This document shows positions 53,846-64,000 of a DNA stretch of 64,000 bases, piece by piece. This DNA comes from Octopus vulgaris. Taxonomy: Eukaryota. A model generated the notes under the pieces. It did not search any database. It saw only the letters and a list, made by a program, of their open reading frames with translations, and was not told the DNA's origin. The DNA lies in NCBI GenBank assembly GCA_951406725.2, contig OX597827.1, positions 66,340,001 through 66,404,000 on the forward strand, given 5' to 3'. Every line of letters starts with the position of its first letter. Position 1 is the first letter of the stretch. The position numbers were made by a program, and so were the translations under genes.

Positions 53846-53892
<47 letters not shown>

Positions 53893-54046
53893 AATATACG
53901 ACGCGCTTCTTTCAGTTTCCCTCTACCAAATCCACTCACAAGGCCATAGTAGGAAGACACTTCCCCAAGTTGCGACGCAGTGGGACTGAACCCTGAACCA
54001 TGTGGTTGTTAAACAAGCTGCTTACCACACAGTCACTCCTACGCCT
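53893..54046 (-). mobile_element. SINE family A 5' half
   Basis: cttctttcagtttcc...cagtgggactgaacc...cttaccacacagtcactcctacgcctat. Confidence 0.88.
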
Positions 54047-54396
<350 letters not shown>

Positions 54397-55628
54397 TAAA
54401 TCCAGTTATAAAGCACCTGAGTTTAGGTGTGCATCTGTGTGTGTGTGTGTGTGTTGTGTGTGTGCACGTATCTAGCTCTGTCTGTATGTATGTATGTTTG
54501 TGTATGTATATAGTTATGTTTGTTGTTTGAATGAACGTACATTATATTTATATATAATTTTTATTTCAGATACAGCCTCCGTAATTTATTATGTTTAATT
54601 ATTGTCATTTTTTTACATCCTTTTATTGATTACTAAATGATTTTTTGAATCATCTTTCATATTCTGAAGCATTTACTACGAAAATCGACAACAAAATTTC
54701 CTGAGTATTAACAGGTAGAAATTCCAGCATTTCAGTGATTTTCTTCGCCAACAGTTTGTTAATGAAATATCACATGTATGAAAGTTTTAGTTAATTAAAA
54801 TGTAAATTTTACTGCACATTTCACAATTCTTACGGCCAATGTTAGAATCTTGCAAGGAAATGGAAAATAGGTTTAAGAAATTTAGAATAAATTTTCACTT
54901 TAATTTACGTACATATAGAAGGCATCGCCCGAATTTTGACAACCAGCAAAGTGAACGCTGGGGATGTTTCCTCAAGAAATACACTCCAGTTTAATCCCGT
55001 TTAAATGAGACTTCAGTCGACTCCAAAGAATTCCAAATATAGAAAGAATTATCAATGACTTTCGGTCAATGATATTTGAATAATTCGTAATGAAATGAAC
55101 TATAGAAACGGAAAACGAAATTTTGCCAATAGCATCAATGTGGATTAAATTAAAGTGTGATATATTTAAATGTCATGCTCCCAAAACTAAATAACTCAGT
55201 TTATTGTAAATTGCCTCTTACTTGACGAAATAAAACAACATGGAAGGAGAAAGATTGAGAAACACACGAAGTAAAGCTGAAATGATTAAAGAATTGTTGT
55301 GTTAATTAATTTAGTTTTCAAGAAAAGAGCAGTCTGGTCTTTATTTGCAGGGCATTGTTAATTCTTTAATGAAGAAGAAAATTCCAATGAATGGAAAACA
55401 ACAGGCGTTTGGTATTGGATAATCCATAACGTATTAATCCAGATTCATGCCTTTGGCGCCCATTGTTTATTTCACTTCGTTCATTGTATTTTTAGATAAT
55501 AATTTATGCTCTCGTATCTTCTATATAAATTCATGCACACAAACCCATACATGCATGAATGCATGCCTATACACACTGTTTCATTTCTATTTATCTCTAT
55601 CTCCCCAATCTGTGTGTGTATGTATGTG

Positions 55629-55708
<80 letters not shown>

Positions 55709-57129
55709 CGAGAGAGAGAGAGAAATAAGTTGATAGATTCATAAATATCGAGAGAGAGAGAGAGAGGTACTTGCTCCTTTTTCCAAGGAGGTTTTAACTA
55801 GCATATGAATATAGATCGTAATAAGACCACGTCCTCTCATATAATCAGTTAAGAGCAATCCTATTCAATCGAAAAGAATATTTGAATGATAAGATTCGAG
55901 ATGAATATTTCTTCCCTATAATTAAGAAAAGTCTGATGCCTATAACACAAAAGAATTATAGTTATCGGAATTGTAATTTTTTAAGAGGAATCACAATGCT
56001 ACAATATTTGAAAATGGAATTTCTCCTAATGATCTGAAGAAACACAGATTATAAAAATTGCTCCAACAAAACTGAAAGCATTTTTGAAAATAGATATGAA
56101 ATTCAAAATTCGAAGCAAATATATATTGTGAGATATATCTAAAAATGTCCATCTAAATAATGTACCTTATCATAATTCATTTCTTTCATATAATGTAACA
56201 ATAACATTGAGGAAACAAAAAAAGCTGATTCACACGGAAACAACTGTATCAGTGTACAGGCACGTACGATATAATTGTGACTTATATAATCGACAGATAG
56301 CACAGTCTGCATCTGTGTGAACCCTTCATTACGTTCAAAGACCACACGGATATTTTTAACTGAATCCCGTGTGTACGAATTAATCAGGCTAATAGCATCA
56401 ATAAACAAATTAAAACAGATGGAACAATATCAATATGTAAGCACGTACGCTAGTATTCCGACTTCATATAAATAAGAGAGTTGAATGTTTGCCTAAGTAT
56501 AGACCTCATATAACTTTGAAAGGCCACGAATATATTTTTAACCTAAACACTTTTCTAGACGACATCATCCAATAATACGAATGTTACACAATCCACAGAT
56601 TTACATTCATAGAATAATATCACGTTGACGATCAAGCAGTTTAATAGTACAAGGAGTAGAAATTAATTGCTGTATATCTACTCAATTTGACAAAGTGGAG
56701 TGATATCTCACCATAACATAACCATGCTAAGAAAAGTCAGCGTTTATTTGTTGATTCCATTAAGGTAATTGATATAAAGTTTGATATGAGGGCACGGTTG
56801 TGCACATGCAAACAAATAAATACTTATATATATATGAATGCATATATATATGCACATTAATACATTCCAGGGCAGCAAAAACATTTTGAAAATTTCTTTG
56901 CTACCAGTGGTCTAGCGAGAAGAAAAAACTAGTCAATAGACTATATACTATTCATATAAAAATACAGTCTACATTTAAACACATAAGAGATGGCCATAGC
57001 AGGACATCTGAGCCGCTAGTAGGAGTAGGTAAACTCCATACCACTATTAGGGGTAATTTCGAAAGGAACTGGAAAATAAAAACATTTACCCTCTAGAGGG
57101 TAGATACATTTCTTGTGTGTATAAATGTA

Positions 57130-57196
<67 letters not shown>

Positions 57197-57954
57197 CAGG
57201 ATAAAATCTATATAAGATTTTACAAAGTAGACACCGTGTAAAACCAATTAAGGAGAAAAATTCATACGAGGTATATATTTTTTTTTTAAATTCCAGGGTG
57301 TGACTTTCCTTATAGTAATTGCCCTTAATGCATGTGTATGTGTGTATAGTGTGTGTGTGTGTCTGTGCATTTCAAAACATCTGGCATAAAAAAGATTGCT
57401 TATGATGTATCAATCGATCCATTTATCACTGCTAAGTTAGTGTCATGTGATGTTCCTAAAGATCACGTCTGCCAGAATGAATCTGATGTCTTTGCGAAAG
57501 TATACTAAAGTTAAAATGCTGTCTACTTATAATAATTTTTTTTTTTTTATTATAGTTTGGTATATTCATATAATTATTATAGATGAAGTAAAAACAGGAA
57601 ACAAAAACTGCCTTAAAACACGAATAACAAATATATTCACCTATCAAAAACAAACGCCCACACATTCAGCTCCCCTAATAACAAGCTTTTTATTTTCTTT
57701 CATACATTTCGACTAAGATGTACGACTATGATTTGCTTTCATATACATGTACATATTTAAGTTCTTATGTATCACGTTATAATTTCATCAGAGCTTCAAA
57801 AGTGATGTTCAATTATATTTGGGAAAGCATTTTCTGTTTAAGTATTTGTACGTTTATATATTTGTTTGGCAAAATACTTGAAGTAACATCGTGCGTTGAA
57901 ACAAATAGCGCTATACTTGGGATAGCTACATTTTGCAAATTAAACCCACGCATT

Positions 57955-58158
57955 ATGTCCTAGATTTGGATAAAAGATAATGCTAGCGGATTAGTTCATT
58001 ATGATTGTTTTTAACATAGTCCCCTCTCAAATCTACACACTTATTAGCGCAGTCCTTCGGGTTTTCTAAACAATGTAAAAGAACCCGGAATGTTGGACCT
58101 CAAACCTGGTCATTCAGAATTCCCTTAAAGTCATGAACTTTTCAGCAAACTCTCGTAT
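57955..58158 (-). mobile_element. Mariner-derived remnant
   Basis: Minus: ...NKCVDLRGDYVK (mariner C-terminal KC....GDY.E motif); TIR-like gaacttttcagcaaactctcgTA. Confidence 0.55.
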
Positions 58159-58175
58159 TTGGTTTTCATTTCAGC

Positions 58176-58228
<53 letters not shown>

Positions 58229-58816
58229 CATCATTATTATTATTTTAGTTCTTTTGTCAAATGTCTTTTGTCACACCACATGTGACACCTTCAGCGACAT
58301 TTTATCCCACTTGTCTCCTCTTCTACTTATTCCAAAGAGTCGTTGAAAAGGGCACAGGATGTTTGACGAAAGAATTTTGATAAATAAATTAAAGTAAGAA
58401 TAATAAAGCTGAATTGAAGACCAAATATATAGTCCGTGTCTTTAATTGCCAAACTACGACGATATCTATGTCAAAGAATTTACATTTATAAATATACAGA
58501 AAGCATTACCATCGAAGGAATCATGAACATTATATAGGAAATGTAATACAAAATTTGGCATTCAGAATCCTTCCCAGAAAAAGGAGAGTTATGGAATTAT
58601 ATATATCAATGTAGGCATATGGAAAAATCCTATGTAAAGAATTGCAAAATAATTAAATATACACCTGAGAAAAGAGATACATAGAAAATGACAGAAAACA
58701 GAACAGTAAGAGAAAGGAGGGGAGAAAAAGTATGTGTTCGAGGGTCATAGAACAATTCAACATAAGGACCCAAGCCAGATCGACAATTAAGAGGCCGAAG
58801 AAAGAATGGAGCGGGA

Positions 58817-59234
58817 AGGCGGCAAGTTGGCAGAAGCCTTAGCGTGCCGGGTGAAATGCTCAATGGTATTTCGTCTACCGCTACGTTCTGAGTTCAAATT
58901 CCGCCGAGGTCGACTTTGCCTTTCATCCTTTCGGGGTCGAATAAATAAGTACCAGATACGCACTGGGGTTGATATAATTGACTTAATCCGTTTGTCTGTC
59001 CTTGTTTGTCCCCCCTGTGTTTCGTCCCTTGTGGGTAGTAAATAAGTATTTCGTCCGCCGTTACGTTCTGAGTTCAAATTCCGCCGAGGTCGACTTTGCC
59101 TTTCAACCTTTCGGGGTCGAATAAATAAGTACCAGTTACGCACTGGGGTCGATATAATCGACTCAATTCGTTTGTCTGTCCTTGTTTGTCCCCTCAGACT
59201 GTAGTCCCTTGTGGGCAGTAAAGAAATAAGAAAC
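58817..59234 (+). mobile_element. Dimeric family D SINE within one TSD
   Basis: Monomer 58817-59045 plus headless monomer 59046-59234; TSD AATGGAGCGGGAAG at 58805-58818 and 59235-59248. Confidence 0.92.
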
Positions 59235-59974
59235 AATGGAGCGGGAAGTCACCTTACAAAAAATAGCGGGTGTTTTTGTGTGTCCGCATTCGTGCGCGTG
59301 TGTGTTTCGCTTGTGCGAGTGTGCTCGTGTGGCCGTGCGTGTGTGCGCATGTGTATGAATGTGCATCTATGTTTGGAACTACCGGAGTAATATACGGGTT
59401 ATATTCTACTCATCAATATTTCATATTAATTTTTCTCTTTCCGTGTTTGTTGTTCGTTTCGGTGCATGTGGACCGGCGGATGAATTTGACGCTGACCTTT
59501 TCGTCAACACGTTTATACTTGTTGTTACATATCCTATATGTACATATTTATGCATAAACTTATACTTCTGGACACAACAGCTACTAATCAATGAAATTTC
59601 ATAGGGTATGGCCGCTGAAATTATTTTACCGATGATCACAACGCACCCCTTCGATTGGTCCGAATCATCAACAACCAGTTTCAAATACACCTCTAATTCC
59701 AAGTCCTTTGTTCATGTTAATCCGGCATTTCAGGCCTAACCTTATACGCCTGCCATTTGTCAAACACCCACCGGTACAATTTCGTCGTTGGTATCTTTTT
59801 CAAGAATTTCTTTCATAACAGTTTTGGTAGTTCGATAATCGGTACACAGATGGAATTCGAAATATATGATTCTAACGAATAATTACAAAAGCATTTTTCA
59901 TTTTTGTCACTTGTAGCATGTAACGTTCACATATCGCACTGATGATATGCAATTGAAATTATCATTGATAGTAA

Positions 59975-60150
59975 CGGAGTCGTCAACCTAGCAGAATTTT
60001 TGGCTTACAGGCATTTTTTTCCAGCTTTAAATTTTGATGTCAATTTTCACCGAGATCGACTTTGCTTTTCTTCGTTTCTCGTTTGATGAAATAAATACCT
60101 CTAAGTACCTTTTCCAGAATCCCAGGCTTCGTACCACTGCCAAAACGGAT
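59975..60150 (+). mobile_element. Degenerate SINE family D
   Basis: caccgagatcgactttgcttttc. Confidence 0.6.
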
Positions 60151-60934
60151 TGTTACTCATAGCAAAGAAAAGCTTCCTTTCATCAGAGCATAGTAGTGCA
60201 GAGACTGTTTTCTATTCCATTTTATAATCATACTTGGGCATTTATAGCGTTTATGGGGACATATCTTCTTGATATATTTTATTGCAGTCGTATTTCTTGT
60301 GTCTCATTGAAAATCACCAACAATACAGTACTCACTTTCAGTACAGTATAACAATACAGTATTATCTTTCAAAGCTATTATATTCTGTCGCTATTATACT
60401 TTAGAAACAAACTATAAAGTCTTAGTGAGCGATCACACCTTTCTCGGCTACAGGCTGTTGTTATTAATCACTTTGCTAATAAATTTCCAACCGCAAATAA
60501 AATGTTTTCACATATTATTTGTAGGCAGGTGTTATATTTTCTCATAACAAGACATACTGCTGTAAGCAGCCCACGATCAAACGCTTTATCAAAGTCGTCA
60601 CTCAATTTGTTGTAACGGTCTCTGCTGGAGTTCGAATTATATTTTCCGGTAGAATATTAACGCTATAATCTGATGAACAATGTTTATCCTTCCTTGGAAA
60701 CCAGTCTAAATTTTTTTTTTATTGTTTCTTTAATTTCCCACAATTAAATTATGTGGCCATCCCTAATTTGGAAGTCTTTGCAAATGTTTGTTTTACCTTT
60801 CGTAAAACAAAATATTACGTCAATTCGTCTTTTTATTTGGGGCTTCGTTGCTTAGACGGTCCACGTTTTCAGTTATACACTCCATGACAATTTACCGCGT
60901 TTACCGGTAAAAATTCGACTTTATATACACAGCG

Positions 60935-61250
60935 TATGAAGACGCTCGGCTTACTTTATTCGATTAATGAGTGTAAGACCGTGAGTTCAATTCCTCACAC
61001 AGAGTTTTATCCGTGAGCAGAACACTTTATTTCACGTTGCACTCGTTAGCTCATCCGAGAGAAGGGAGAAGTACCTCCAATTCAAAGAAGTACCTCTAAT
61101 TCATTCTATGTCACGCGAAATCACCCTGAGAACTACGCTAGGAGTATACGTGTCCATAGAGTACTCAGTCACATGAACGTTAATTTCAAGAGCAGGCTGT
61201 TGCGAGGATCGGATCTCCTGCAACACTCGCCGTCGTAACCGATAGAGTAC
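60935..61250 (+). mobile_element. Diverged SINE family C
   Basis: gtgagttcaattcc...acactttatttcacgttgc...gagaactacg...cgtcgtaaccga. Confidence 0.82.
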
Positions 61251-61444
61251 CAGTTGGTATATACAATAAACTTAGTGAAACAGTCACACATCATCAGAAT
61301 CTCTCCAAATCAGCTCCATTTGACATGGAATATTTGGTGTCCTAAGATCGTGTTGGCGTTTACATTGACCTGCCTGATTTGGCTGTAAGTTTTAGAGTGA
61401 AATATTTTACTTGCGTGTCGGAAAATGTGGTATTTCCACTTACA

Positions 61445-61522
61445 CTTTTACTTGTTTCAGTCATTTGAGTGCGGTCATGCTGGAGCACCGCCTTTAATCG
61501 AACAAATCAACTCCAGGACTTA
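61445..61522 (-). mobile_element. SINE family A tail
   Basis: ttttacttgtttcagtcatttgagtgcggtcatgctggagcaccgcc. Confidence 0.85.
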
Positions 61523-61749
61523 TTAGTCTAGATTGCGAATCCTCGGTACCCCAGGATTGTTCAGCTCTCCACCCGTGAAAAGACACTGCTTACGGAATCA
61601 AGATAAGAACGTAGCTTTCACGCTCGTGCAACCGCCAGTATATCGCGTGTGGTGGGTGGATCTTCAAGTTGCCACACGCATTCTTAGTAGCTTAAAGTAG
61701 GCTCGAATTAGAGATTAGTCTTTGTGGCCAATGGCGTGAGTCCTGATTT

Positions 61750-61849
61750 GAAGAAGAAGAAAAAGAAGAAGAAGAAGAAGAAGAAGAAGAAGAAGAAGAA
61801 GAAGAAGAAGAAGAAGAAGAAGAAGAAGAAGAAGAAGAAGAAGAAGAAG
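61750..61849. repeat. (GAA)n microsatellite, probably the tail of a short retroposon at 61525-61749
   Basis: Repeat directly visible; the upstream GC-richer segment interrupts a SINE A copy. Confidence 0.85.
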
Positions 61850-62736
61850 ACATCAACAACAGCTGCTTCTCCTGTTATTGCTACTATTGTCTATAAGGCT
61901 TTTTGCGACAATAGTTTTGAATAAGGTGTTTATATTTGTGCATGGACGACTTCCTCGTTTAGCATAGTTCAGCGTTTTTAAATGCATTTTTAAGGCGTAT
62001 ATAGGAGATTGACGCTATATCCAGAGCACTGTTATGTTTCTTAAACATCTTCGTTTGTGCTTCTGCCATTGTCTATATTGCAATCTTTGTAAGAGTGTGT
62101 TTGTGTATGCGTGAGTGTGTGTACGAGTGAGCGCTTGTGTGTGTGCTTATGTGTATGTATATGTGTGTTTTGGCGTGGTATTGCTGACGTAACTGTGTAC
62201 ATTTGCGATCTTGAATGATTTATAAAAAACTGCGTAGCTAGGTTACAATACTGCTAGTGTTCCCTTACCTAATACGTTTGAAAACAATAGAATATGAAAA
62301 CAAATCATGAAATATTCATATAAAAGTATTAAATAACAATTAAATTTGTTACAAGATACTTAATTAAAATGTAATATCGACATTTAAATATTTCTTCGTA
62401 TTACCTATTCTTTAAGATTCACTATTTCATTTATTTTATTATTTCAATGTATTTCGAGAAAACGTAATTTTTCGATAATATTAGTTTCCTTTAATTGGCC
62501 ATCAAAATAATTTTATAGTTTTTTTGTAAGTCTATACAATCTGAGATGACAACAGTCAATTAGTAACGCTGACAGTGAAGAGATTGTATAAAAAAAAAAC
62601 ATGTTTATATTTTACTTCTCCTTGTCTAATGGAACAATATAATGTTTTAGTTAGAGCACTAAGTATTATTTACCTACTCAGAAGAATAGAATGGGAGATC
62701 ACAAAAGTAGGATTTCAACTGAATATATATATTGCA

Positions 62737-63189
62737 TTGGGTTGTCCGGAAAGTTCGTGCCGATTTTTAAAAGAAAGAAAAAGTTAAATAAATACTTGCC
62801 ATTACATTTTTAATCAAGCAAATATGAACCATTTCGTTGCACAATGCGTCTCCACCTTTCCTTTAACTTTAAAATACCCTCTTCCAAGAATTGAGGTGGT
62901 TTCATGTCAAAGAATTCATCAAGGTATCTTTTTACATCATCTAAGGAATTGACATTTTTACCATTAAGACTATTGTGCAGAGACCTGAATAAGTGGAAAT
63001 CCGAAGGAGCAATATCTGGTGAATATGTAGGGTGAGGTAACACATCCCAGCCGTGCTGCAGCAATTCTTGTCTGGTTCCCAAAGCATAAAGTGCAGAAAA
63101 TAAACTTTTTTATCTTCCATTTTAAAGGGTTACAGAATTAACATAGGTTATAGGAACATAAATCGGCACTAACTTTCCGGACAACCCAA
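62737..63189 (-). mobile_element. Mariner internal-deletion derivative with both TIRs
   Basis: TIRs TTGGGTTGTCCGGAAAGTTCGTGCCGATTT / AAATCGGCACTAACTTTCCGGACAACCCAA-TA; ORF WDVLPHPTYSPDIAPSDFHLFRSL...NGSY; start MEDKK fused to the C-terminal half. Confidence 0.95.
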
Positions 63190-63209
63190 TATTATACAGA
63201 ATCGCTTAA

Positions 63210-63601
63210 TACAATTTGTGATATATAAGACGTGGTATCTCAAACCGAGAACTGTTCCTGTTATTGTGGCTGCCCTAGGTATGATAAGAAAGGGATGCCA
63301 ACAGATCTAGATAATTTCCCAGGAGACTCATGTCTCAGAGAAATCCAAAAGAATATGCTAACATGTATTGACCACATACTTCGAAAAACTCTATGCATTT
63401 AAATATTTCTGTTTCTTTGTATTACGTGAATATGTTTCGCTACTGCGTCTGCCACTTCCACTCCTTAAGCTTTCAGTCATACTCAAATATCCGTTCTCTG
63501 TCATTTGCTCTATGGGCGCCGGAGTGTCTCGGCACGGGATTGTAACAAACATGGAGATTAAAAGTAAATAATAATAATGATGATGACGACGATGATAATG
63601 A

Positions 63602-63677
<76 letters not shown>

Positions 63678-63678
63678 G

Positions 63679-63737
<59 letters not shown>

Positions 63738-63740
63738 TAA
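63210..63740 (+). mobile_element. R4/Dong-type LINE 3' end with (TAA)n tail
   Basis: KTWYLKPRTVPVIVAALGMIRKG...LREIQKNMLTCIDHILRKTLCI*; tail 63566-63740. Confidence 0.85.
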
Positions 63741-63764
63741 TGATGGCATGCACTGCTCTCTCAC
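63741..63764 (+). mobile_element. 24-bp 3' remnant of element X inside (TAA)n
   Basis: TGATGGCATGCACTGCTCTCTCAC matches the end of element X. Confidence 0.75.
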
Positions 63765-64000
63765 ATGATAATAATAATAATGGAAAGTATTAGACAACTG
63801 AAAATAAAGCGAAAAGCATGGTGCAGTAGATTGCAGGTAGTAATCCCACTACGCATGCAAGACCCCGAGGGATCTTACAAAACGTGTGAATAAGAGAAAA
63901 ATATAATATTAATATATTGAATCCATACACACAAGCCCACAATTAGTGTAGGAGTTCGACAAAGCTGATTGGTCTTTATGTCATTGAAATGTGAGAGTTA

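Noticed and set aside
56139-56408. 89-aa non-repetitive ORF
   Set aside because: No recognisable motif; length compatible with chance.
59421-59740. 93-aa ORF or PLE N-terminal remnant
   Set aside because: Similarity too weak to call.

Overview
AT-rich eukaryotic DNA made almost entirely of repeats. The SINE families and very dense (TA)n/(TG)n/(TAA)n microsatellites suggest an Octopus-like cephalopod (inference). I found no supportable host gene exon, RNA gene or CRISPR array; nearly all ORFs in the track are microsatellite read-throughs. Recognisable content: four tRNA-type SINE families; six R4/Dong-type RLE-LINE fragments (one with RT+CCHC+RLE, 50484-52220); two HERO/NeSL-like RLE fragments; an RTE C-terminus; a Neptune-type Penelope-like element (PLE) with an inverted RT segment; a decayed Helitron RepHel interrupted by a non-autonomous Helitron, plus two more Helitrons; three mariner derivatives; and a 1.7-kb 22-23-bp minisatellite. 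Most notable: (1) long inverted repeats carrying minimal type-I hammerhead ribozyme motifs next to (TA)n tracts, one family traceable to the PLE in this window; (2) a ~555-bp non-coding element 'X' with no visible tRNA head, found only in (TAA)n tracts and sharing a 3' motif with an R4/Dong LINE; (3) a pseudoknot-like 3'UTR on the HERO-like fragment. All alignments were done by eye, and boundaries of degenerate copies are approximate.
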